Assembly (NCBI GenBank): GCA_913020395.1 | Contig: CAJWCA010000001.1 | Coordinates: 1-47,491, forward strand | Length of the DNA stretch: 47,491 nucleotides | Direction of reading: 5' to 3' | DNA from: an uncultured Cellvibrionales bacterium | GTDB taxonomy: Bacteria; Pseudomonadota; Gammaproteobacteria; Pseudomonadales; Cellvibrionaceae | In this document: one piece after another, positions 9,074-18,376 of the stretch | Layout of the letters: the number at the start of each line of letters is the position of its first letter | How positions within the stretch are numbered: the first letter of the stretch is position 1 | Notes under the pieces: generated by a model | Told to the model about the DNA's origin: nothing | The model's input: only the letters and a program-made list of their open reading frames with translations | The model's database searches: none | Position numbers and translations under genes: made by a program

Positions 9074-10240
9074 TTACCTCTGTGCGTGAATGCTAAAGGG
9101 AGTGGAAGCAACATCGCCAATCATTTTTAACCACTCGCCGTTTTGGGGGTTGTAGATATCCATTTGCATAGAGGCATTAACTACGACCAAGTAAGGTTGC
9201 TTGCCGCTGGTTAATTCAATCGATACGCCCCATTGTTTTAGGGCAAAGCTGTTCACTCGTTTGCGTTTTTTGGGGTCATAAACCCATACTTCAGATCCAC
9301 CGCCTTTATGGCTGCCGTTGTAACCGTCTTTGTGCATGAGAATGTAGATAAGCCCACGGTCATTAACGGTGGCGATTTGCCATCCGCCGGGGCGCCAGTT
9401 TTCGGCTCGCTGCTGTTCGTTTAGCAATGACCAGGTTTGTTTAACAACGGGTGTTTTGCCGCTGAAGTCTATGGGCTGGATCTCGCCCTTGAAGCTTGGG
9501 AACCAGGCGGTTTTACCAATATAAACCGGTTTGTCGAACAGGGGATCGTCGTCTACGTCAAAAAAGGGCGAGACATTTTTCTGGTGTGTCAGGTTTCCTT
9601 TTTTATCGAACTGGGCGCTAAAGAGAGAGCCGTTACTGCACAGTGATGCAAAACCTCGTTTGCCTGCGGGATATACCAGCCCGCAGCCTGGAATCTGCGT
9701 TTCGCTTAAAATTTTACGGGAGTCCATATCAATCATTGTCACAGAAGCGGCGGGGGTAAAATTGAACAGCAATAAAAAGCGATCATTGTCGACCAGCTGT
9801 AAAGTGTATCGGTGGGCAACCACTTGGCCGCGTTTGGCTCCGGGCAGCGCAATTTCACCAATGCGTTTGAGGTGTTTTTTGTCGTAGATGGTTATTACGT
9901 CGGTGCGCTCGCCGCGAGTGCCACGCGCGTAAAATGATTCCGCAACATAGAGTTCTTCTTTGTGTCGGGATTCAATAAAACTGGCAAATTGCGCGGCATC
10001 TAATGCGCCTTTGTAGTTTCTGGTGCCAGGGGCTACGTCCACCAGAGCCACTTTTCCGGCCAATAGTGTTTCAAAATTTGAGTCGTGCACATAAATCAGG
10101 CTTTCGGGGTAGGTATCGGGCATGGTCTCTACGGCCGGCGTGGGCTCGGCAGGCAGATTGGCAGCCAGTACAGTGGCGGCACTCAAGCAGAGTGCCGCAG
10201 CGCTGGTGAATGTGGCTAGATTTCTTGAGAAATCCTTCAT
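9074..10240 (-). CDS. mauB: Amine dehydrogenase heavy (large) subunit, MauB/AauB family beta-propeller
   Basis: Signal peptide, a size of about 390 aa, and beta-propeller-like repeats. It is the first gene of a B-E-D-A order identical to the mau/aau clusters. Confidence 0.85.
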   Translation of the reverse strand: MKDFSRNLATFTSAAALCLSAATVLAANLPAEPTPAVETMPDTYPESLIYVHDSNFETLLAGKVALVDVAPGTRNYKGALDAAQFASFIESRHKEELYVAESFYARGTRGERTDVITIYDKKHLKRIGEIALPGAKRGQVVAHRYTLQLVDNDRFLLLFNFTPAASVTMIDMDSRKILSETQIPGCGLVYPAGKRGFASLCSNGSLFSAQFDKKGNLTHQKNVSPFFDVDDDPLFDKPVYIGKTAWFPSFKGEIQPIDFSGKTPVVKQTWSLLNEQQRAENWRPGGWQIATVNDRGLIYILMHKDGYNGSHKGGGSEVWVYDPKKRKRVNSFALKQWGVSIELTSGKQPYLVVVNASMQMDIYNPQNGEWLKMIGDVASTPFSIHAQR

Positions 10241-10292
10241 AGTGTTTTCCCACTCGGTTGTTGATGTTGGCTTGAGGGTGCAAATATAGTGT

Positions 10293-10340
10293 GGTCGACC
10301 TAAATTAATATGTCAATAGACCTAAAATTAATTTGTGACC
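10293..10340 (-). promoter_or_regulatory. Candidate promoter/operator of the mauB operon: TTGACA plus a TetR-type operator, in two tandem copies
   Basis: The reverse complement of 10293-10316 is TTGACATATTAATTTAGGTCGACC, 20/24 identical to 11158-11181. A second, degenerate tandem copy GACCTAAAATTAATTTGTGACC lies at 10319-10340. No good -10 hexamer is evident. Confidence 0.45.
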
Positions 10341-10386
10341 GACGACCGCGTGAAACGGCCGTAGAAGTGTTATTGCTTAAAGGGGG

Positions 10387-11049
10387 TTATTTGGGGATTT
10401 GACCAGAGCGTATCAGCCATAGGAAGGATTGGCAGGCCATTTCGATTATATTATCGGTTTCTTTCTTCCACGGTTTATTATAACCAATGAACATAGTGTG
10501 GCCCTCCATTGAGGCGGTGACAAAGAGCGCCAGGCGTCGCAATTGCTCTTCGTCTAATGCAGGGTTTAGTTGTCTCATTACATCGATCAAGGTAAGTCGA
10601 TAGCGTTCATACATCTGATCCATGAATTCATCGGCATGATCATTGTGGTTGGCTAAAGACCAGACTTCCGGAAAGAAATAAGTAGTGGTTTTTTTATTAA
10701 GATCGCTAATAACCACTTTAATAATAGCCTTAAACTGTGTCTCCGGGTCTTGCTCAGCCTCGTGTCGCAGTGCTTCAAACTGATTCAGGTAGCGCTGTAT
10801 GCAGTTGTCGAGCATTGCTTTGATCAAATTATCTTTATTGGGGAAATAGTATTGCAGATTGCCCAGTGTGATATTGGCGGCCTCTGCAATTTTTCTCAGT
10901 GAAAAATTGTGGTAGCCCTGATCGGTAATTAATTTCTCCGCAGCCAGCAATATCAATAGTGATGTTTGCTGGCCTTTGCCTGATTTTCCTCGCAAAGGGT
11001 TAGAATTTTCTGTTCTTGATGGTTTGGCCAATGTCATTAATCTCGTCAT
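10387..11049 (-). CDS. TetR/AcrR-family transcriptional regulator
   Basis: The HTH is FSLRKIAEAANITLGNLQYYFPNKDNLIKAML. I trimmed the start to the ATG at 11047-11049, which is preceded by GGAGGAAAAC (a strong Shine-Dalgarno). Confidence 0.85.
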   Translation of the reverse strand: MTRLMTLAKPSRTENSNPLRGKSGKGQQTSLLILLAAEKLITDQGYHNFSLRKIAEAANITLGNLQYYFPNKDNLIKAMLDNCIQRYLNQFEALRHEAEQDPETQFKAIIKVVISDLNKKTTTYFFPEVWSLANHNDHADEFMDQMYERYRLTLIDVMRQLNPALDEEQLRRLALFVTASMEGHTMFIGYNKPWKKETDNIIEMACQSFLWLIRSGQIPK

Positions 11050-11157
11050 TGTTTTCCTCCGGCACATCCGGAGGGGGTTGCTGTTACTGGTGTTTAAGCT
11101 AGTGTAACTGCTTATACCCTCAATAAACATATTAGTTGTGTCAAAAAAACAATACAG

Positions 11158-11191
11158 TTGACATATTAAATACGATCGACCTAATATAGTG
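11158..11191 (+). promoter_or_regulatory. Sigma70-type promoter with an overlapping operator for the TonB-receptor/CoA-ligase operon
   Basis: TTGACA (11158-11163), an 18-nt spacer and TAATAT (11182-11187), about 40 bp upstream of the ATG at 11230. The spacer carries the TCGACC half also found upstream of mauB. Confidence 0.55.
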
Positions 11192-11229
11192 ACAGAATTA
11201 TAAATAACAACATCAACTGGAGAACAGAT

Positions 11230-13593
11230 ATGAGAGTTGCCGATAAGACTAAGATACTTGCTGGCCTAAGTGTCCCCATGCTTGCCTTAAGTGTCGATAT
11301 TCACGCCCTGGTGTTAGAAGAGATTGTTGTCACCGCACAGAAGCGGGAGCAAAGCCTGCAGGATGTCGGCATCGCGGTCACGGCCTACACGGGCGATCAG
11401 TTGAAAGCTCTGGGATACGACAATGCCCAGCAGATAACACAGCAGTCGCCGGGTGTGACCACCATCCAGCCCAACGGTCCTTCCTCCTTTTTTCTCAGTG
11501 TTCGCGGTGTCGCGCAAAATGACTTTTCAGGCGATCACCAGGAGTCACCGGTGGCGATCTATGTTGATGAGGCTTATATCAGTGCTGCATCAGGTGCGGG
11601 TTTCCAGTTGTTTGATATGGAGCGTGTAGAGATATTGCGCGGCCCGCAAGGCACGCTGTTTGGGCGCAATGCAACGGGTGGTCTGGCTCACTATATTACC
11701 AACAAACCCGGAGATGAGGTCGAGGGTTATGTTGACCTGACCATGGGGGAATATGATCAAGTGGTATTGGAAGGTGCGGTGGGAGGCCCCATCAGTGACA
11801 CCGTGTCCGGTAGAATTTCTTTCCTTCACAATGATCACGACGGTTATATTGATAACCGTATTGGCACAGACTTGAATAATGGTGATGACTGGGCCGTGCG
11901 TGGGCATTTGCAAATTGATTTGAGCGAAGATGTGAGCTGGTTGCTGACCGCAAAGGCGGCTGAGCAAGATATTAATTCAGGCTTTTTTAAACACAGTTCC
12001 GCGCGTCAAAACCCAGCGACGGGTTTGGGCGAGCATTTCTCCGGATCTGATTTACAGGGTGATGGCGACTCCCTCGCTACAGCATACCAAGACAGCTCCA
12101 GTGATGTGCATTCCGGAGAATACAACCTGATTGGACACAACAAACTCGAAACCTCAGGGCTGACCAGTAATATCCAATGGTCAAATGGGGGTTTGGATTT
12201 TGCTTTTGTGACTGACTTCTTTAGCCTGGAAAAAGATTACCTTGAGGATTCTGATGCTTCACCGAATGATTTTTTTGCCTTTTATCTAAAAAGTGATCTC
12301 GACCAGTTTTCTCAGGAAGTGCGTGTTAGTGGATCATCCGACTCTCTCCAGTGGGTCGGCGGCATTTATTATCTGAGCGTCGATGGTGATTTTGAGAATG
12401 GCGGCGCCGCCGGCAACTTCTTTGGCGCAGCATTTCCAGGATTTGGGCTGGGTGGCACAAACATCGGTTTATACAATCCTTTTTCAACAGAAACTGATTC
12501 GGTCTCAGTGTTTGGTCAGGCAGAATTTTCGTTGAAGGAAAACCTGACCTTAATTGCGGGTCTCCGGTGGACCAAAGAGAAAAAAGAAACAGACTTTATT
12601 CAATATGCCGCAGAATTTGCCAACCCGGCCACAAGTGATGTGGTTGGCAACGACTTCTTGGGAATAGGCGGAGCCTTGTTTACTTTTAACCCCTCTGAAG
12701 TGACTAACGATCCCGGCGGCACAGCGTTTGGGTTTCCACTGGTGTTGGGTAACCCTGGTGATGCCAAAAAAGACGACGATCTAATCACCGCCAAGCTCGA
12801 GCTAGATTGGCATGTCAATGCAGATACGCTGGTTTATGCCAGTTACAATCGTGGTATTAAAGGGGGGGGATTTAACGCTCCTCTGGATGCGACCAATTTT
12901 TACGATGGCGATCCATCTACCGGTGGTCCTGAAGATATGGCATTTGACGAAGAGGTATTGAATGCCTACGAAACGGGATTCAAATTGTCCTTCGCAGACG
13001 GTCGGGCGCGACTTAATGCCACCGTTTATTATTACGATTATCAAGATTATCAGGCTTTCAGCCTGGAAGGTTTGACAACGTTTGTTTTCAATACCGATGC
13101 GGAAACCTACGGTGGCGAAATCGAATTGCAAGCCTCGCCGACTGAAGGGTTGGATATCATGTTTGGTGCATCTTACATAGACAATACGGTTGAAGATGCC
13201 TATCGCCTGCCTTCCGGTGAAACTCTTGACCGTGTCGCGGTGATGACACCGGAGTGGAGCTTCAATGGACTGGCACGATATGAGTGGGCCGCAATGGGTG
13301 GCAACCTGGCCATTCAGGCAGACTTCAACTACATGGGCGACCATTATTTCCAGTTGAAAAACTCCCCGGTCGGTGAAGAGGATGCTTATACCCTGGTTAA
13401 TGCACGGGTGACTTACACCAGTGGCGATGGCAATTGGAATGTCACGGCCTTCCTGGATAATGCAACGGACGAAGAATATCGCACCATGGTGTTTGACCTT
13501 GCTGGTCCCGCTTCTGGTGGCGGATTTGGTTTGGCGGAAAACTATTATGGCACGCCGCGCTGGTGGGGTGTGACGCTCGGATACAACTGGTAG
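11230..13593 (+). CDS. TonB-dependent outer-membrane receptor
   Basis: Signal peptide, TonB-box/plug LEEIVVTAQKREQSLQDVGIAV, the plug motif RVEILRGPQGTLFGRNATGG, a beta-barrel and the terminal ...TLGYNW. Confidence 0.9.
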   Translation: MRVADKTKILAGLSVPMLALSVDIHALVLEEIVVTAQKREQSLQDVGIAVTAYTGDQLKALGYDNAQQITQQSPGVTTIQPNGPSSFFLSVRGVAQNDFSGDHQESPVAIYVDEAYISAASGAGFQLFDMERVEILRGPQGTLFGRNATGGLAHYITNKPGDEVEGYVDLTMGEYDQVVLEGAVGGPISDTVSGRISFLHNDHDGYIDNRIGTDLNNGDDWAVRGHLQIDLSEDVSWLLTAKAAEQDINSGFFKHSSARQNPATGLGEHFSGSDLQGDGDSLATAYQDSSSDVHSGEYNLIGHNKLETSGLTSNIQWSNGGLDFAFVTDFFSLEKDYLEDSDASPNDFFAFYLKSDLDQFSQEVRVSGSSDSLQWVGGIYYLSVDGDFENGGAAGNFFGAAFPGFGLGGTNIGLYNPFSTETDSVSVFGQAEFSLKENLTLIAGLRWTKEKKETDFIQYAAEFANPATSDVVGNDFLGIGGALFTFNPSEVTNDPGGTAFGFPLVLGNPGDAKKDDDLITAKLELDWHVNADTLVYASYNRGIKGGGFNAPLDATNFYDGDPSTGGPEDMAFDEEVLNAYETGFKLSFADGRARLNATVYYYDYQDYQAFSLEGLTTFVFNTDAETYGGEIELQASPTEGLDIMFGASYIDNTVEDAYRLPSGETLDRVAVMTPEWSFNGLARYEWAAMGGNLAIQADFNYMGDHYFQLKNSPVGEEDAYTLVNARVTYTSGDGNWNVTAFLDNATDEEYRTMVFDLAGPASGGGFGLAENYYGTPRWWGVTLGYNW

Positions 13594-13602
13594 GGGCGTC
13601 TT

Positions 13603-15207
13603 GTGAGCAATTATCTTTCAGAAGTTGAAACCTTCACCTGGGAGCGTCCCAGCCATTACAATTTTGCCCGGGACGTAATCGATCGCTGGGCACAAGACCC
13701 CGACAAGGTGGCGCTGCGCTGGCTCGATGATAATGGGGCAGATTTGGCCCTGAGCTTCGCCGATATCAGCGAACGCTCACGCAAAGTTTGTAACCTATTG
13801 TCGGAGGCCGGCGTTAAACGAGGGGATACCGTTGTTGTGGTGCTGGGCCGTCAAACGGCTTGGTGGGAAGTATTGACTGCGTGCATTCGCATGGGTGTGG
13901 TGGCCTCGCCGGGCACCACTCAGTTATCTGCAAGGGATCTGGCTTATCGCGTAAATGCTGCAAACGCCAGCGCAGTGGTTACCGATTTAATGTGTGCAAA
14001 AAAGATCGATACCATTGTGGGTGAGTGCCCGACATTACAGACACGCATTCTTGTAGACGGGGAGCGTAGTGAGTGGATTGATTACGATCAGGCCCTGCTA
14101 TCTGCTTCGACCCACTTTGAGACTTGTAATACTCAGAGTGATGAAGACGCGCTGTGCTACTTTACCTCCGGTACCACTGGTTACCCTAAGATGGTTATGC
14201 ATTCGCACAGTTATGCCATTGGGCACCAGACCACCGGTCGTTTTTGGTTAGACCTCACACCCGATGACTTGCATTGGAACATCAGCGATACCGGTTGGGC
14301 CAAAGCTGCCTGGAGCAGTTATTTTGGGCCCTGGGCTTGCGGTGCTGCGTTGTTTGTACACCACACGAGTGGTTTCAACCCCGCCAAGACATTAGAAATG
14401 TTATCGGCATATCCTGTGACCACAATGTGTGGTGCTCCTACGATTTACCGCATGTTGGTTCAGCACCAACCTGAAACCCATCAATATCCATACTTGCGAC
14501 ACTGTGTGGGTGCGGGTGAACCGCTCAACCCTGAAATCATTGAGGTGTGGGAACGGGCAACCGGGCTTATTATTCGCGACGGTTTTGGTCAGACGGAAAC
14601 CACTTTGTTATGTGGAAACTTCAAGGGTGTTGAGCCGCGCTTTGGTTCAATGGGCAAGCCGGCACCCGGTATTGAGCTTGCTGTGGTTGACCTCGACGGG
14701 CAACCCGTGGCCACCGGAGTGGAGGGTGACATTGGTGTTAGGGTAAAACCCGTTGCTCCGCAGGGCTTGTTTAAGGAATACAAAGGCGAACCCGAACGAA
14801 CTGCTAGTTGTTTTCGCGGAGATTGGTATTTGACGGGCGATCGGGCAACCGTAGATGAAGATGGGTATTTTTGGTTTGTCAGTCGCGCGGATGACGTGAT
14901 TTTGTCTGCAGGTTATCGCATTGGTCCTTTTGAGGTGGAAAGCGCGCTAATAGAACATGATGCCGTGGCGGAGTCTGCGGTGGTGTCTAGTCCGGATGAG
15001 CAGCGTGGCGAAGTGGTGAAGGCGTTTGTGATATTGAGCCCTGGGCACGATGCCTCAGACACTCTGAAACTTGAACTACAACAACATGTGAAAGCCGTTA
15101 CCGCTCCCTATAAATATCCTCGCAAGTTGGAGTTTGTAGAGGAGTTGCCAAAAACCGTGAGTGGCAAAATTCGACGCATTGAATTGAGAGAGCGCGAGTG
15201 GGCTTAA
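13603..15207 (+). CDS. AMP-forming acyl-CoA synthetase (medium-chain/ACSM-like)
   Basis: GTG start 9 nt after the receptor stop. Motifs: AMP-binding YFTSGTTGYPKMVMHSH, DGFGQTET, YLTGDRA..DEDGYFWFVSRADDVI and PKTVSGKIRR. Confidence 0.85.
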   Translation: MSNYLSEVETFTWERPSHYNFARDVIDRWAQDPDKVALRWLDDNGADLALSFADISERSRKVCNLLSEAGVKRGDTVVVVLGRQTAWWEVLTACIRMGVVASPGTTQLSARDLAYRVNAANASAVVTDLMCAKKIDTIVGECPTLQTRILVDGERSEWIDYDQALLSASTHFETCNTQSDEDALCYFTSGTTGYPKMVMHSHSYAIGHQTTGRFWLDLTPDDLHWNISDTGWAKAAWSSYFGPWACGAALFVHHTSGFNPAKTLEMLSAYPVTTMCGAPTIYRMLVQHQPETHQYPYLRHCVGAGEPLNPEIIEVWERATGLIIRDGFGQTETTLLCGNFKGVEPRFGSMGKPAPGIELAVVDLDGQPVATGVEGDIGVRVKPVAPQGLFKEYKGEPERTASCFRGDWYLTGDRATVDEDGYFWFVSRADDVILSAGYRIGPFEVESALIEHDAVAESAVVSSPDEQRGEVVKAFVILSPGHDASDTLKLELQQHVKAVTAPYKYPRKLEFVEELPKTVSGKIRRIELREREWA

Positions 15208-15244
15208 ACGCAAACGGTTGAACCGCTAAGGAATAAACACGCAA

Positions 15245-16924
15245 ATGAATCTTAAAGAAAGTTATTGTCGTGGCCCCGAGAGTGACAACTTGCTCAATAT
15301 CACTATCGCCGAGGCTTTTGACTCAACGGTGGAGCAGGACCCAAACGCACTGGCTCTGGTGGTTGATCATCAGGGTGTTCGGTTGAACTACCGTCAGTAC
15401 CAGGACAAAATCAACCAACTGGCCGTGGGTTTGTTAAGTCTGGGTATTGGCTCCGGAGACCGGGTTGGCATCTGGTCACCCAATTGCCTTGAATGGTGTT
15501 TAACGCAGTTTGCGACCGCGAAAATTGGTGCTGTTCTGGTGTGTATTAATCCGGCCTATCGCAGTCACGAATTGGCCTACGCCCTAAATAAAGTGGAGTG
15601 CAAGGCACTGGTAAGTGCCGAGCAGTTTAAGGGCAGCCAATATTTGGATATCTTAAAAACTCTCGCCCCGGAGCTCGACAGCTGTGCACCCGGCAAGCTT
15701 GAATCTGAGAAGTTACCGCATCTGAAAACTCTCCTGCGCCTGGGTGATGGGACGACCCCAGGCTTTTTTAATTTCGACGACTTTTGCCATGAGGCGAGCC
15801 CTGAACAGTTGGCGCAATTGGCCGATGTGCAGGCGAGTCTGAATTGTGAAGACGCAATCAATATTCAGTTTACCAGTGGCACCACTGGCAACCCGAAAGG
15901 GGCAACCCTGAGTCATTACAATGTGCTAAACAACGGTAAGTTTGTGGGCGATGGCATGCGCCTGGGGCCAAAGGACAAACTGTGTATTCCCGTTCCTCTC
16001 TATCATTGTTTTGGCATGGTGATGGGCAACCTTGCCTGCATTACGCACGGTTCTGCGGCGGTGTTCCCGAGTGAGGGCTTTGATCCTGAAGCCACATTGC
16101 GGGTTGTTTCAGAACAGAAATGCACGGCATTGCACGGTGTGCCTACGATGTTTATCGCCGAACTCGATCACCCGTCTTTTAAGCAGTTTGATCTGTCTTC
16201 ACTGCGCACGGGCATCATGGCCGGTGCCTCCTGCCCAATTGAATTGATGAACCGCATTATCGAGAAAATGCACATGAAAGATGTGTTAATCGCCTATGGG
16301 CAAACCGAAACCAGCCCTGTGAATCACATGACATCCCACACCGATGCCATTGAGAAACGTGTTGCCAGTGTTGGTAGGCCGGGCCCCCATTTGGAAATTA
16401 AATTGGTGGACAGTGCTGGTGAGATTGTGGCGGCGGGAGAAAAAGGCGAGATTTGTGTTCGTGGTTACGCGGTTATGCAGGGTTATTGGAATGACTCACA
16501 GCAAACAGAAGAAACCATTGACACCGACGGCTGGTTGCACTCCGGGGACTTGGGAATCATGGATAGCCAAGGTTATACCGAGGTGGTGGGGCGCATTAAA
16601 GACATGATCATTCGAGGTGGCGAGAACATTTATCCGCGGGAAGTGGAAGAGTTTTTGTATTCTCATCCGGCGATTAAAGAAGTTCAGGTATTTTCGGTGC
16701 CAGAGGAAAAGTTTGGCGAACAGGTGTGTGCCTGGATTGAGCTCAATGATCACTCTGAGGCCGATGCCGAAGCCATAAAAAACTATTGCCGTGACAAAAT
16801 CAGTTATTTCAAAATTCCACAACACATCCGATTTGTGAGCGAGTTCCCCATGACGGTCACAGGGAAACTCCAGAAATACAAAATGCGTGAGGCCATGATT
16901 GAAGACCTTCAGTCTGCCCAGTAA
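15245..16924 (+). CDS. AMP-forming acyl-CoA synthetase/ligase (second, divergent paralogue)
   Basis: Motifs QFTSGTTGNPKGATLSH, YGQTETSP, HSGDLG..DSQGY..VVGRIKDMIIRGGENIYP and TVTGKLQKYK. Confidence 0.85.
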   Translation: MNLKESYCRGPESDNLLNITIAEAFDSTVEQDPNALALVVDHQGVRLNYRQYQDKINQLAVGLLSLGIGSGDRVGIWSPNCLEWCLTQFATAKIGAVLVCINPAYRSHELAYALNKVECKALVSAEQFKGSQYLDILKTLAPELDSCAPGKLESEKLPHLKTLLRLGDGTTPGFFNFDDFCHEASPEQLAQLADVQASLNCEDAINIQFTSGTTGNPKGATLSHYNVLNNGKFVGDGMRLGPKDKLCIPVPLYHCFGMVMGNLACITHGSAAVFPSEGFDPEATLRVVSEQKCTALHGVPTMFIAELDHPSFKQFDLSSLRTGIMAGASCPIELMNRIIEKMHMKDVLIAYGQTETSPVNHMTSHTDAIEKRVASVGRPGPHLEIKLVDSAGEIVAAGEKGEICVRGYAVMQGYWNDSQQTEETIDTDGWLHSGDLGIMDSQGYTEVVGRIKDMIIRGGENIYPREVEEFLYSHPAIKEVQVFSVPEEKFGEQVCAWIELNDHSEADAEAIKNYCRDKISYFKIPQHIRFVSEFPMTVTGKLQKYKMREAMIEDLQSAQ

Positions 16925-16951
16925 TAATAATGACGAGAAAGGATCAGTACT

Positions 16952-18376
16952 ATGAGTGATTACAAATTATTGATTGATGGAAAACTACTGGCGGTTGAAG
17001 ACAGCTTGCCGGTTATCAATCCCGCCGATGAAACACTGGTGGCGAACTGCCCTCTGGCAACCGGCGCTCATCTCGAAGACGCGGTCGCTGCAGCCAAAAG
17101 AGCGGGACCCGCCTGGGCGGCAAAGTCGTTTGCGGAACGTCGAGGAGCCTTATTAGCGATAGCGGATGTACTCAAGGCTAACGCTGAAGACCTGTCAACA
17201 CTTTTGACTCTTGAGCAGGGTAAACCCAAAGTGCAAGCAGATGCGGAAGTGGCATTCTCCGAAATATTTTGCCGCCATTTCGCCGATCAAAGTCTCGACC
17301 CAGAAGTACTGTTTGAAAATGAAGGGCAGCGAGTGGAGGTTCATCGCAAACCACTGGGTGTTGTAGCGGGCATAATGCCCTGGAATTTCCCTTTGTTAAT
17401 TGCCGTCTACAAACTGGCACCCGCATTGATTGTGGGTAATACCCTGTTGCTAAAACCCGCCCCCACAACGCCATTGTCGGTGTTGAAATTAGGCGAACTG
17501 ATTGCCGACATTCTGCCTCCAGGGGTGATTAATATTCTCACCGACAATAATGATCTGGGCCCTATGATTACCGCCCACAAAGATATCGCAAAAATTTCCT
17601 TTACGGGATCAACCCCCACCGGCAAGGCCATCATGGCGGCGGCTGCACCGACCTTGAAGAGGCTTACGCTTGAACTCGGTGGTAACGATGCCGCCATTGT
17701 GTTGGACGACGTAGATCCGAAACAAGCGGCCCAGGGTATCTTTGGTGCCGCTTTCCTCAACAGTGGCCAGGTTTGTATTGCACTTAAAAGACTCTATGTA
17801 CACGAGTCGATTTACGATGAGGTCTGTGAGGAAATTGCCGTGCTTGCCCGTGGCGCCAAAGTTGCCAATGGTTTTGACAGTGGTGCTGAGTTTGGTCCGG
17901 TACAAAACCGTGCTCAATATGACAAGATTTGTAACTACCTTGTCGACGCTCGTGAACATGGCAATATCATTGCCGGGGGAGAGGTGAGTGATGAACCCGG
18001 GTTTTTTGTGCCGCTCACTGTCGTCAAAGATATCGAGGATGGCACTGCAGTGGTAGATGAAGAGCCCTTCGGCCCAATTCTGCCTATTTTAAAATTCAGT
18101 TCTGAAGCGGATGTTATTGCACGTGCAAATAACTCGGCTTATGGCTTGGGGGGGTCTGTTTGGTCGGCGGACCCGGAACGGGCCAGGCAATTGTCTCTAC
18201 AATTGGATTGCGGCACGGTGTGGATTAATCAGCACTGCGCTTTTGGGCCAAATATCCCATTCCCCCCCGCGAAGGAATCGGGTCTGGGGGTTGAGTGGGG
18301 TGAAGACGGCCTTAAGGAATTCACCGCTATGCAAGTCGTGAATATCAACACGGCCTATCAGGAGCCTGTTCACTAG
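16952..18376 (+). CDS. NAD(P)+-dependent aldehyde dehydrogenase
   Basis: The catalytic Glu lies in LELGGNDAAIV and the catalytic Cys in FLNSGQVCIALKRLYV. Also PWNFPL, FTGSTPTGK and EEPFGPIL. Confidence 0.9.
   Translation: MSDYKLLIDGKLLAVEDSLPVINPADETLVANCPLATGAHLEDAVAAAKRAGPAWAAKSFAERRGALLAIADVLKANAEDLSTLLTLEQGKPKVQADAEVAFSEIFCRHFADQSLDPEVLFENEGQRVEVHRKPLGVVAGIMPWNFPLLIAVYKLAPALIVGNTLLLKPAPTTPLSVLKLGELIADILPPGVINILTDNNDLGPMITAHKDIAKISFTGSTPTGKAIMAAAAPTLKRLTLELGGNDAAIVLDDVDPKQAAQGIFGAAFLNSGQVCIALKRLYVHESIYDEVCEEIAVLARGAKVANGFDSGAEFGPVQNRAQYDKICNYLVDAREHGNIIAGGEVSDEPGFFVPLTVVKDIEDGTAVVDEEPFGPILPILKFSSEADVIARANNSAYGLGGSVWSADPERARQLSLQLDCGTVWINQHCAFGPNIPFPPAKESGLGVEWGEDGLKEFTAMQVVNINTAYQEPVH

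Noticed and set aside
12802-13344. Other large antisense or alternate-frame ORFs: 12802..13344(-), 22898..23497(+), 38193..38750(-), 19752..20246(+), 2855..3445(-), 24985..25371(+) and 40319..40720(-)
   Set aside because: Each lies inside a gene whose own frame carries clear family motifs. Their translations are low-complexity or Arg/Cys/His-rich, as is typical of off-frame ORFs.
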